DNA from: Azolla caroliniana
Taxonomy: Eukaryota; Plantae; Polypodiophyta
NCBI GenBank assembly: GCA_043228905.1
Contig: JBHGNT010000005.1
Span: forward strand, 20,708,001-20,772,000
DNA: 64,000 nt
Direction of reading: 5' to 3'
The notes beneath the pieces are model-generated. The model saw nothing but the letters and a program-made list of their open reading frames with translations, was not told where the DNA came from and searched no databases. Shown here piece by piece: positions 39,284 to 52,030 of the stretch. Position 1 is the first letter of the stretch. Each line of letters starts with the position of its first letter. The translations under genes and the position numbers were made by a program.

Positions 39284-40436
39284 TTATGAAGTTTCACTGG
39301 ATTCTCCCTCGCCTCCTTCTTCGTCTTCTTCACCTCCTTCTTCATCTTCTTCGCCTCCTTCCTCCTCATCTTCAACATCACTATCCTCCTCTACACCTAC
39401 GAAAACGCAATACCATTTCAATAAGAAGAATGTGCCAGAAACTCAAATGTCTTAAAACATCATGATATATGACTACACTATGAGACGTAATGCCTTAAAT
39501 ATCAAGAAATTGCAGTAAATGACTGAACGATTGGAAGAAATTCCCTAAAATACTGTTATGAATGCCTTAAAACATTGTGTTATAATCACATTTAGCAATC
39601 TGATCAAATGCAGCAAGCATATATGGATCCCCCATACCATCAACACCATAGCGTTCATTGAGGTACTCGATGGAGGATTTGGTGAAGATAAGCTTTTGGG
39701 CCTTCAGGACATCAAAAAGATTAAGATTCCGTGGAGTCATAAGCTGAAGGGTATTCAAATTCTGGCTTGATTTCACCAAATTCTCTGTGGCATTCATAGT
39801 AAAGAGCAATGACGGCTTAGTTGGGTCGGCTCCCCATCGTTTCAAAGCAGAGATAAACACCTTAGTCTTAGGTTCCATGGATTCTTCAAAATCTTCAACA
39901 ACAATGAAGCTACTCGCGGCTCTTTGAAGCGCAGTGCTAATCGCGAGCCTTTTCTCTTTCTTGTTGATTTTGATGGACCAATCCCGAGGTTTCGGACCAA
40001 AGATAACACCACCGCCAGGGCGGAGAGGAGTTCTTTGAGAACCACGGCGGGCGCGACCTGTCTTCTTTTGTTTATAGGGTTTCCTTCCTCCACCTCTAAC
40101 TTCTCCTTTAGTTAGGGTTGAGGCTGTCCCTCTCCTCTTGTTCTGCTGCTCTGTGATGAGGCCCCGGTGCACGACGGCACGGGCTGTCTCGGGGCGAGCA
40201 GATTTTAGGTCAAGTTCCACCTCTTTATCAGAGACCTCCCCTTGGAATGTTAAGACAGGGAGAGCTACTGCCATGGGTGGAGTGTATGAGGTTGCTCTGT
40301 TTCCCCTGTTTCCCCTGTTTGCTCTGTTTACAAGAGAAAGAGGTGGGAGGAGAAGGGACTTACCAGAGAGGAGGAGGGAGGATGAGGCCATGCCTAGACC
40401 TGTAGGGGGAAGCAAGAGAGAGGAGGAGGTAGCCAT
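39284..40436 (-). CDS. RPL4: Nuclear-encoded plastid 50S ribosomal protein L4; exons 40436-39638, 39396-39284
   Basis: Ser-rich transit peptide; TARAVVHRG..QNKRRGTASTLTKGEVRGGGRKPYKQKKTGRARRGS..PGGGVIFGPKPRDW; second exon encodes the acidic tail typical of plant plastid L4. Confidence 0.93.
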
Positions 40437-40494
40437 GGCTCTCCACACAGCACTTCTTCAATGGATATGGTGGGAGAGTAGATAGATAGAGAAC

Positions 40495-40690
40495 AGATAT
40501 ATATATATGTATATGTATACAGCATAGATATGGTGCTATAATTTGCATAACAAAAAGCTACTACTATTACTACACTGTATATATATATACATATATACAT
40601 ATACACATATATATATACATATACACATATACTATATGTATGTGTATGGTGCTATTGCACAACAAAAAAACTACTACTACCACACTATTA
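40495..40690. repeat. (TA)n/(TATACA)n microsatellites and a short duplication upstream of RPL4
   Basis: tatggtgctat..aacaaaaa..ctacta.tac at about 40530 and 40645, flanking TA-rich tracts. Confidence 0.75.
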
Positions 40691-41897
40691 CATTCAGATG
40701 GACTTTCAAATAGCTCATTCTTCTATCCGCATTGTATCGATATGCACTCTACCGACCGGCTTGGGATGCAAATTCGAGCAATCGGATGGACAGATTGTTG
40801 CCTCTAATCGCGGTCGAGCTAGAGACTGTGGCATGTCCTACATTTGTTGATTATGGCTTTGAACCTATGAATTCGAATACATGTTCAAGCCTATAATTGA
40901 CACGGATTTTGAGGCTACGACAATCATCCCTTCGTGTTAGTGAACTTACATACTTTATCTACTTCTATTTGCTTTGATTTAGTCACTTTTATTGCCTACT
41001 CGGTTCTTCTACGCTACATTTGCTTCGAGATGTCTATAATCTATCAAAAGTACATAGTTGGACAAATACACGAGACCTTGCATGTTCTCTTCCATTAACC
41101 TATACAGTACCAAACAATGGAAACAATAACATTGTCCTAGACCACTTTTGACAAATCCTAATCGATGACATGTCGATGCTGCCTTTACGAATCATAGTTG
41201 TTGATGTATGGGTTTTGACGACATCTCCAACAATGATGCACTCAATGACATAGTTTGGGGGTTTATGGATTAGCAGCATCAAGGTTAGCTCAACTACACA
41301 ATGTGTAGTAGGTGATATACTTGAAAAGTTATTCAAATATTTGGTGACAAGGGAACAACACCCTCATGGCAATCTTGTACCAAGTTGCCTCTTTCCTAAG
41401 AGACTTATTTCAAATTCCTGAAGTGCCCCTTTGCATGCACCGACTTACATATCCTATAGGATTTATAGAATTCATACTTACTTGACATGACGATCAACTA
41501 ACAATAGTCTGGGCTCACACCATTGCCTCATTCCACACACATGTTGTCTCTATGGTAAAAGCACGTACTTATATTAAACAAACTACCCGATTCATATTGC
41601 TTTAAATGCAATACAATTTACGTGGTATAAATACCATGATCACTTCATGCTTATCCTATTAAGACCCATAAACAAGGGATCTTATTCATATTTGTCCATG
41701 CTTTAAAAGCGGTACAAATTAGGTGGCATAAATACCATGATCACTTCATGCTTATCCAAGCCATACAATTCTTTGATGGAGGACAAGTGGTGGACTAGTT
41801 CTTAGTATTCATCAGCTAACCTCTCTAAATTGCATCATAACTCTCAAAAGGTTTAATGGCATGACACCCGGATCTCCATTCGAACAAGTCTCCCCTC

Positions 41898-42402
41898 TAG
41901 GAATCAGCAACGGTTCGGTTTGAACTGAAGAACTACGAAACCATGACTTAACGGTTTTAATGGTTCGGTTTGGGGGGGGGGGGGGTCCAATAGTTCAAGT
42001 CAAACGGTTTAAGGTTGTTGCTTGATTATTTTTCTTTAAATATTTTTCTGAACATTAAGCCTAGGTAGCTATTTCTGCGGGGTTCTTACTAGCCAGTTGG
42101 CAACATTTGCAATCGAAATGGAAAGACATTTTAGGGAAAATAATTTAAAATTTAAAATATTGAAAGATCTAAAATTGAATTCTGACTTATAACTTGAAAA
42201 CCAAAACCAAACAATGATATTACAGTTTTAACGGTTTGAAAATCTCTAAAATCATTTGGCTTGAGTTTGGATTTTCTTGAATTGTTCGGTTTGAACAAAT
42301 TTGGTTTAAATGCTTTTACGGTTCGGTTTAAGTTTCAACTTTTTTTTAAAAATGGTTCGAGATTGACACCATCGAACCGAACCGAATTGTTGCCGATTGC
42401 TA
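41898..42402. mobile_element. hAT-like MITE (505 bp)
   Basis: Imperfect 14-bp TIRs TAGGAATCAGCAAC / GTTGCCGATTGCTA; degenerate 8-bp TSD CTCCCCTC / CTCGCCAC; internal cggtt/aaccg motifs. Confidence 0.65.
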
Positions 42403-43750
42403 CTCGCCACACGTACGTTGTCATGGAGAAAACCGTCCCTAGGCGGAAACCGGGTATAACGTGCATAAACCGGCCCTTACACGTGGGCACAAGTTTTGTT
42501 GTATAGTACGTAGGTAGGTACAAGTCGCCTGAGGCGAAATCCTAGGTAGTACGCGTTCGATAGGGAGGAAATCGAGGCATATCCCTGTCCGAAACGACAG
42601 GGAATAAACATGATGTAAGGAGTGGTAACGGCCTCCCTCGGGTTATAAAAGAGAGGGAGAAGTGAGAGAAATATATCGCGTTTTTGGGAGCGAGGAGGAA
42701 GTGTTGTCGGACCGGGACCAAGCTCTCTCCTCCATCGTTCGACTTTCTCTGCAGGATTTCGGACTGTGTTGCCTCTGCTTCGTGGACAACCCGTGTGCTT
42801 CCGGTAGAGGCTCCACTGTGCAGTCGGGTTGTGTGCGTGCGTGAGCATCGTGTGTATGTGTGTGTGTCCGCCTGGGTTGGGTCCGTCGCCGGCTTGCCGG
42901 TTGTAATCGTTGTCGATTGTAATTAAGACTTTGTTCTCTGTCTCTTTCCTCCTCTGTGTTTCTGCAAGCTGCTCTCTCTCTCTCTCCCCTCTTTCTCATG
43001 CCCCTTGGTTCAAGGCCCCCGTGGTCCCGTGTTATGTACACATAACGTTGGTGAGGGTAGGTCACTAATATTTACATTAGTGAAGGGTATGTTCACTATT
43101 ATTAAAAAGGGGACTAATGATTGGATAGAATGAATGATATGTGCATGCACTATCATGATTTAGACAACCAATGAATAGAGAGCCTTTTAGAAAGGCACAT
43201 CTATTCAAGGGACCTAGGAAAAGGTATAAATATGAGGCTTAGCTACCCTCATAGAGATCATGACGTCGGAAGGCTGCTGTCGTAGACACCGGTGGTGCGG
43301 GCTAGGCTTTCGTCTCGACGATCATGTTTATCTCTTCCAAGGTATTAGTCATCCTAATATCCGGCGGTATGGGACGTCGGTGGTAGGTTGGCTATGTCTA
43401 GATCATAGCTCGGGGGTGGTCGGGTGGAACGGGTTCTTCTATCCAATCTATTTTCTTCCTTTTTACTTGATTTGGTCTATTGATTAGTAATAGACTCTTA
43501 ACAGTGGTATCAGAGCTTTTACTAACAATTTTTTTGTTGTTTTGATGTTTTTTGCGTGTGAGCGAGGGGGATCTAACAAGGCTCGTCATGCTCTTCTCAG
43601 GATCAAAACAACACTCTAAACCCGATATTCTTCTTTTTTGATCTCTTCTCTTTTTCTATTATGCGTTCTTTATGGTCGAATCAAATTGGTATTACGTTTT
43701 ATTCTCTTTCTTTCTACCTCCTACTACGCTACGATTTTACTTATTATTAT

Positions 43751-44275
43751 GCATCGGGCCGAGCGTGTTTGCACTAATCGCACACGCTCAACTCATGGCC
43801 TTTTGCATATTGCGATATATATCCCACTCTCTCCTCTCTTGAACTCTTACGATAATAATTATTCTTGTGCATTGGGTCGAGCGTGTTTGCTCTAATCGCA
43901 CACGCTTATCTCATGGCCGTTTTGCATATGATGTTGAGTATACCACTCTTCCCCTCTATTGAGCCATCACTTGGCCGATTCTAAGGGATGATGTGGCCTT
44001 GACGAGGTGTATGTTGCCTACCTATGCCACTCTACTCTCTATTAAGCCATCAATTGGCCGATTCTATGGGATGTTGTGGCCTTGACAAGGTATATGTAGC
44101 TTACATATGCCACTTTCCTTTTTAATTAGCCATCAATTGGCCGATTCTAAGGGATGATGTGGCCTTGACGAGGTATATGTCACTTACCTATGTCACTTTC
44201 CTCTTTAATTAGCCATTACTTGGCCGATTCTAGGGATATGTGGTGGTCTTGAGGAGGTGCATGTCAACTACCCTA
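43751..44275 (+). repeat. Tandem arrays in the long leader of element E (2 x 118 bp; 4 x 83 bp)
   Basis: gcat.ggg.cgagcgtgtttgc at 43751 and 43869; agccat.a.ttggccgattcta at 43962, 44045, 44128 and 44211. Confidence 0.88.
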
Positions 44276-45255
44276 GGGTTTCGTATCTTAGGGCATGTTT
44301 GATTCCATACACCTAATTGTTGATTATTCTAATTAAAATTTAATTTCATAAGTATTGTTTCACTTATATGATTTTCTAGTAATTATTATTTACCCGCCCA
44401 CAATTAACTCTCCTTTTTCCACTTCCTTTTCATGTATAAAGTATTTACATCGTTTATTTTAATGTAACCTTTACGTGTAGACTATTTTTTCGTATGGAGT
44501 GGCTTGTTGAATGATTTTTTTCAACGGGTCATCTAGGTTTAACTCTTATCATCAAGCCTTAGAAAACGAGTAAAACCATATGAGTTCCCTTATTGATGTT
44601 TTACTCATGGATTTGAGTATTACATCTTTGCGCACAACACCGTCATCACTTGTATCAATTTGTGGCTTATGTCACAATTGTGCAAGTTATAACAATCATA
44701 TTGGGATGTATATGTGCATACCTTGCACTTCCCATTTATTTGTGACATTGTTTTTTTCGTAGGTAACACATGGGTTCTTTTTTTTTTACCCTTTTTTTCG
44801 TCACTACTTAACTCTTATGAGTAGTGCCTTATTTTATCATTTTATCATCACGTTTGTTTATTGCTCGCAAGACTAGAATATTACTTGTGAGTGCACTTGT
44901 TTTTTCACGTAATACACTTTCTCGACCATATAATACATGATGGGTTGGCATTAATATAAGGCTATCTAGGAAATTTCATTGATGTAAGAACCATGGTTGA
45001 GCCTCAGGGAGCCGCCATTATTACTCAAGATAGAGATCCGAGAAATACATCTTAGCTATGTTTTCCCCCATGGTTTTTAAAACACCATAGTGTTACCATA
45101 GTTATCGGATCTCGAATCACATCTCATATGTCTAGAGGGGTAAAGACATGAGATACTTTCTTGGATAAAGTTCTTTCAATCAAAATTTCAAGCATTCATT
45201 TTGCTTGTGTATTTTCTGAACCTCCTTATTTTATTGCATACCCACAGCGTGCATC

Positions 45256-48200
45256 ATGGTGCAAGTTTTCAACGCAGTTGGAACGATCTCTCCAAATGAG
45301 ACCTCTCAACCCCAATCCGCATCTCGCACACAAGCTGAGATCACTATTGAGCAATTGCTCACTACTACCTTGAATCAATTGGCCGAAATGAGACAGGCCA
45401 ATATGGCATTGGAAAAGAAATTCCAAGAATTAACTATTGAGTCCAAGAAAGAAGGTGAACCTTCCTTCGTAGTCACGCCTTTCAAGGGAGATAAGAAAGA
45501 AAGAACCGAGGAGGCCATTAGCACTTGGCTTGGTCGTTGGGAGTCTCACTTTGAGCTTCATCCCAAGCCCGATGCAGTAAAAATTGGTTATGTCGGTCGT
45601 GAGTTAGGTGGCCGAGCTGCTGCTTGGTGGCGTGGCCTAAGGACCGCAAAAAACTTACCCACAACTTGGGAAGGTTTCGTTGATGTTTTTAAGAAACAAT
45701 TCTTGCAGCCACCTTCTCAAACCGAACAAGCACAACACTTGCTCACATTGTCTAGTAAGCCATTTACCTCTCTCGAGGATTATGTGCATCACGCTCGGAC
45801 CCAGATCCAAAAATCGGGACTTACGGGTGAGAAATGGTTTGTCGCACAGGTGAGTCTTTTGATATTGTTGAAGTTCATACCAATCACTTAAGTTTATGTG
45901 AATGCACTTTTCCTTCACATTTACTTGGACCTAATGATTTACTCCGAGCAGTCGGATATATCAATGGAACACAAGCACATTTCTTGTTTGATTCCGGTAG
46001 TTCTCACAATTTTCTTAATGATCACTTTGTGCAGTAAATGGAGCTCCACATAAACGCAAGTGATCATATCTATCAAGTTCACATGGCAAATGGAAACGTT
46101 CAATACATCAGTGGCATTGTTTGTCAACTGCCAATTCAAATAGATACTTATTTGGAGAAGCTTGACTTTCATGTTATGAAATTACAATCCGCAGATGTCA
46201 TTTTAGGATATCCTTGGTTTTTTAATAAAAACCCTTCTTTGTCCATTGATTGGGTTAATCACTCAATCACATTTGAACTTAATAATTGTAAACATTTTAT
46301 TCAATGTTCCAAACTTCCTTCTCATTCACTTGTGTCTTCTAAATCTTTAAGTGAGTATTCTAGTTCATTAATTTATTCGTGTGTAATTGATCCTGCGGTT
46401 CAATTTTATTATTTTAATATTGACGCCACACAATTATCACATTTTGAGCAACGATTACTCGACTCTATTTTAGAGGATTTTCAAGATGTGTTTCCTACTG
46501 AATTATCGCTTACTTTACCACCCAAACGTAATGTGGACCATCAAATTGAACTCATCCCTGGGGCTGCTCCTGTGAGCATTCCACCTTACCGACTTAGTCG
46601 ATTAGAAGAGGATGAGATCGCTAAACAACTTAAGGAATACTTGAGTATGGGCCACATTAGGTATAGTAAATCACCTTGGGGTGCGCCAGTTCTATTAGTC
46701 AAGAAGAAGGAAGGTTCGTGGCGAATGTGTATCAATTATCGCCGTTTGAATAAAATGACAATTAAGAATGCATATCCATTACCTCGTGCCGATGATTTGA
46801 TTGATCGTTTGCACGGGGCTCGATATTTTACGAAAATTGACTTACGAACTGGTTATCATCAGATTCGCATCGCCGAGGATGATATTCCTAAAACCGCTTT
46901 TCGTACGCGCTATGGCCATTATGAGTTTTTAGTCATGCCGTTTGGGTTGACTAATGCTCCAGCCACATTCCAACAAGCGATGAATGATGTTTTCCGAGAT
47001 CAACTCGGTGATTTTGTTGTCGTCTTCTTGGATGATATTTTGATATATAGCCGTACCTTGCAAGATCATGTTCAACATGTTCGATTTGTTTTGCGAAAGT
47101 TGCGTGACAACTCTTTCTATGCAAAACATTCAAAATGTGACTTCTTCCAAAAATCTATTGTGTACCTAGGTCATTTAATTACAGAAAATGGCGTTGAAAT
47201 TGAACCTTCTCGTATTGAAAAGGTTAACCTTTGGCCCATTCCTCGTAATATTCGTGAACTTAGATCATTCTTAGGGTTTGTTGGATTTTTACGAAAATCA
47301 ATTCGTAACTATTCCAAATTGACTACGCCATTAACTGACCTTTTAAAAGGTCATCCACGTAAGTCTGTCAAACCAATTTCATGGAATGAACAACTTGACA
47401 AATCATTTGAGACACTCAAGGAGCATGTGTGTCAGGCTCCCACTCTTCTATTACCAGACCCTTCTAAGCCTTTCTCAATTGAAACCGATGCTAGTGATTA
47501 TGCTATTGGTGTCGTTCTTTATCAAGGTGGTCACCCTATCGCTTTTGAAAGTAAGAAGCTTGATGCTGCTCAATCTCGGTATTCGGTTCAAGAGAAAGAG
47601 TTGTTTGCGGTGATACACGCACTTAAAACATGGAGGCACTATCTCTATGGAAATAAATTTGTGGTTACAACAGACCATCAATCATTAAAGTATTTTTGTG
47701 ACCAGCCCGATCTTGTTGGTCGTAAAGGCCGTTGGGCTGACCTTATGCAAGATTTTGATTTTTCCATATGATATCGCAAGGGTTCTATGAACACCGTTGC
47801 TGATGCTCTTAGTCGCATTAAAGAAGTTAACATGCTTAGCTTCACGGAAATAAAATCTGATCTTTTAGATCACCTTCGAGGGAAATACCTTGATGACAGT
47901 TATTTCTCAAAATACTGGACGAAAGCCAAATCTGGTTTAGATGCCGATACTAGCACCCTACCCTCGAAGGCGACCTTTCACATTACAAACGGTTTGCTCT
48001 ACCGTAGTGGAAAGGTCTGTGTTCCAGATTTACCAAATGTTAAACAGAAATTTTTTCATGAATGTCATGATGCACCATCTGCTGGTCATCCTGGAATACA
48101 ACGCACACTCGTTCTCATCTCGTGTACTTTTTTCTGGCCTAAGATGCGCTCTGACGTGCATAAATACGTAACTCAATGCTTACAATGTCAGATTAATAAG

Positions 48201-49333
48201 TCGGAACGACTTAAAGCTGCTGGTCTTTTACATCCCTTAGATATTCCCAACAATAAATGGGAAAGTATCTCGATGGATTTTATTGTTAGTTTACCTCGTA
48301 CACAGAGGGGTCATGATGCCATATGGGTTGTCGTTGACAGGCTAACAAAATTAGCTAGATTTATTCCTACAAAAACCACGGTAACCGCTCAACAGTTGGC
48401 TTATCAATTTGTTGATGAGTTATTTCGTTTTTATGGATTACCGATGGATATTGTTAGTGATCGAGATTCCAAGTTTACTAGTGACTTTTGGACTCAAGTC
48501 TTTAAGAAACTAGAAACTACGTTGAGCATGAGTTCCGCAGATCATCCTCAGTCTGATGGACAAACTGAACGAGTTAATCAAATTATTGAGGACATGCTTC
48601 AAGCTTATGTAGCAAAAACCCCTTCTAAGTGGGAGCAATACCTTCCTATCTTAGAATTTGCCTATAATAGCTCTAAACATACATCCACTGGATATAGTCC
48701 TTTTATGTTGATGTATGGTTTTCAGCCACGTGCCCCAGTTGATGTCACGATTCATCGTGATACATTAGACAGTACACGCAATTTTTTGCAAGACATGAAC
48801 CAAATGTTGCATATTGCCAAAGAAAATGTCAAGACAGCTCAAGATCGTGCTCGATTTTATGCTGATCAGGATAGACGTCCTCGTGCATTTACTATTGGTC
48901 AAAAAGTTTTTTTGCGTGTCCCGACTGATTCTACGTCATTATCTACGGGCAAGTGCGCTAAGTTAGCCCCACGATATTGTGGCCCATTTGAAATCCTTAA
49001 GCGAGTTGGGTCATCTGCTTATCACCTTGCCTTACCTCATAACGTTGGTATTCATCCTGTTTTCACGTCAGTCGTCTAAAACCATTTTTAGGCTCTGGTG
49101 ATAACACCATCACAATCCAAGATCTTGTAACATTAGAGGATTTTTCTTACAAACCTCATGTTCCTGAACGAATTCTTGATTCTCGTACTAAACGTTTACG
49201 TTCTAAAGAGATTCGGCTATTCAAGATCAAATGGATGGATAAACCTATTGATGATGCCACATGGGAACGCGAGCATTCGCTTAAGGCACAATTTCCTAAC
49301 TTTATATTGCAAGAGTGCAATCTTTTGAAGTAG
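45256..49333 (+). pseudogene. gag-pol of element E (truncated gag, PR, RT, RH, INT, chromodomain)
   Basis: Gag AAAWW..PTTWEGF..FKKQF; FDSGSSHNF; FLDD; [10 protein letters not shown]; DDE integrase; chromodomain PERILDSR..IKWMDKPIDDATWE (about 49160-49300); stops at 46035 and 47769. Confidence 0.92.
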
Positions 49334-49858
49334 GGGAGTATGTTATGTACACATAACGTTGGTGAGGGTAGGTCACTAATATTTACATTGGTGAAGGGTA
49401 TGTTCACTATTATTAAAAAGGGGACTAATGATTGGATAGAATGAATGATATGTGCATGCACTATCATGATTTAGACAACCAATGAATAGAGAGCCTTTTA
49501 GAAAGGCACATCTATTCAAGGGGCCTAGGAAAAGGTATAAATATGAGGCTTAGCTACCCTCATAGAGATGATCACGTCGGAAGGCTGCTGTCGTAGACAC
49601 CGGTGGTGCGGGCTAGGCTTTCGTCTCGACGATCGTGTTTATCTCTTCCACGGTATTAGTCATCCAAATATCCGGCGGTATGGACGTCGGTGGTAGGTTG
49701 GCTATGTCTAGATCATAGCTCGGGGGTGGTCGGGTGGAACGGGTTCTTCTATCCAATCTATTTTCTTCCTTTTTACTTGATTTGGTCTATTGATTAGTAA
49801 TAGACTCTTAACATCCCGCCTCTTTTCGAACGTGAAGAGCGTAACAACACGACATATT

Positions 49859-49876
49859 TGGTGAACCCGACGTGAA
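49859..49876 (+). promoter_or_regulatory. PBS of element D, complementary to tRNA-Trp
   Basis: TGGTGAACCCGACGTGAA is the reverse complement of the recalled plant tRNA-Trp 3' end TTCACGTCGGGTTCACCA (18/18). Confidence 0.85.
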
Positions 49877-49924
49877 CAAGCGGCAAAGGAGTGAAGGACG
49901 AGGGGATCCGAGCTTGCTGAAGCT

Positions 49925-52030
49925 ATGGCCGTAGCCGTCGATCGGCTAGGGAGCGCTCACAAGGGAACGGGTGCCCTCAACAGGGCCATTGAGTCGATCG
50001 TCGGCACCATAGGTCGATTCGGTGGGAAGAATGCCACGAGCTACTTGGAGGCCTACCGGGCTGAAATGATCATGAGGGATATCTCGGTGGACAGGCGGTT
50101 GTCCGGATTCCCTCGGGTAGTGACGCCGAGCATCTACGCAGAGGTGCTCGAGGTGTTGGCCGGATGCCGGACTTGGGAGGAGTTTGAGTTGCGGCTCCTC
50201 GAGATGTATGGGTTCGATGACTCGCTTCGGCTGTTGAAGCGAGACTTCGTGGCGTGGGTTGAGAGCCCAGGGAAGGGGAGAAACGCATCGACGCTCCTCC
50301 AGGAGTTCGAGAAACGGTTCGCACAGCTGTCAACGCTGGACCGAACCATGCTCGACACAAGCCGGGTACTATTGTTCGTCAAGGCAGTGGACGCCATGGA
50401 CCGGGAGAAGGTGGGTCTCCTGTTGGAAACGGACGAAGGGTTCACGGCAGACTGGGCCATGGTAAGGAGGGTCTGCGGTCATTTCAACAAGCGGCACGAG
50501 TGGAGCGATGAGGGCTCGTCGGTGGCAAGGCCGGTCCCGACGAGGGAGCTCGAGGGGCCGGTCTCGGTACTGGCTAGGAAGGAAGAAACTCGGAGTTGGC
50601 TTGACACAGGCTTAGCCCCGAGCGGAGTGATCAAAGGTCCCTCCAGAGGCACGGCTCTAGAAGAGCTGTCATAGATGGTGCGAGATCTCCAAATCACACA
50701 GGCCTGGAGGGATAACGGTGAACAGTTTCGTGACCGAAGGCCGTCGACGGGGCAGCGGTGGATGTGGTGCGACGTGGTCGGTCACATACGGAAAGAATGC
50801 GTGGTTTTCGTAGAGGCACTCAGGACCAACGTGGTTTACCTCTGGAATGGGCGGGTGCACGCGAGCGAGACCCGAAAAGCCCTAGAGTTGAATTTGGGGC
50901 GCGACGGAATGAAGCGGTTGATGGAAGAGGCCGTGGCACGACATGCAGAGGTCATTAACTACTCAGCGTCGGCGGGAATCCGGGTCGGGGGTGATGAGGC
51001 CCGAAAAGCGAAGGACTCCGGATTCTGGCCGCTGGTGCTAGAGGGTCTCCCCGGAGTACAGTTGAAGAAGGAAGAGGTAGACCGCGCGGAACAACAGATC
51101 TAGGAGGTCACCGGATGGGACGACCCGGTGGAAGAGAAGATTGGCTTCGTGGCAGCCGCATGCCAGAACTATGAGGTTCTGGTAGAAGACAAGCGCGTGG
51201 GAAATGCCGGAGGGGCAGACCCCTCGCAGCGGTATGAGACCCGGTTCGGACCGAAGCCGAATGAGACCGTCAACACCAGCGCACTGGAGAAGAAGAAGCA
51301 GGCCGGTTTTCGGCTGAGGACCGAAATCGAACGAACGACGGACCTGCGGAAGGTCCTGGAAGAGAGAATTCTCGACAGCAAGGTCGAGCTATCGTTACGG
51401 GAGGTGCTAGGAATTGCCAAGAAGGAGTTCCACGACTCCATCGTGGACTTGGTGAAGTGGAAGAGGCTCTCGACGGAACCGGAACCGGAGAGGCCGGTGT
51501 AAGTGCAGACGATGCACTTAGAAGACACGGCCCTAGAGGATGAGTTGGCGGAAAGCCACTACGCGAAGCCGCATTGGGCTAAGGCCACTACGGAAACCCT
51601 TGCTCGGATCGGCGACGTCCAGGAGCCGGTGGTGGCATTGGTAGACCACGGTTCGGAGATCAACCTAATGTCCATGGACTTCTATAAAAGGGGGAAATGG
51701 CCAATCAACACCAAGCACAGGTGGAAGATACGCGCGGCGACGCGCGCTACAGAGGAGTTGCATGGTGCGTGCCCGAATGTACACGTGAAGATCGGTGACG
51801 TCGAGATAGATCATCGTTTCTTCGTGCAGGAGACTTCCTCGCACCTGGTAATTCTCGGTGAACCGTACATTACGGCAGCGCGCATGGAGACGAAAGTACT
51901 GGACAACGGTTTGGCGTATGCGCGTGTCAAGAGCCAAAACGGTCGGCATTCCGTCCAATTCATGACAATGCGACCCAACCACGAGTGAAACCGCGAGACC
52001 CTTGACGGGGACAACCGAGGGGATTTTTAG
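49925..52030 (+). pseudogene. gag-protease ORF of element D (one frame, several nonsense mutations)
   Basis: ORFs at 49925, 50675, 51128 and 51503 are all in the same frame; knuckle remnant (W)MWCDVVGHIRKEC; protease ALVDHGSEINLM; ends RGDF*. Confidence 0.88.

Larger units (their letters stand above)
43030..49813 (+). mobile_element. Element E: tRNA-iMet-primed Ty3/gypsy chromovirus nested in the 5' LTR of D
   Basis: LTRs 43030-43503 and 49341-49813 (about 7 substitutions + 1 indel); TSD TCCCG; PBS TGGTATCAGAGC at 43505-43516; PPT gaagtaggggagta. Confidence 0.95.

Noticed and set aside
39567-39637. Unspliced C-terminus of the RPL4 ORF
   Set aside because: A GTATGG donor and a downstream acidic-tail exon explain the gene better.
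43962-44275. Regularly spaced repeats as a possible CRISPR-like array
   Set aside because: Whole 83-bp units are homologous with no unique spacers; eukaryotic retroelement context with no cas genes.
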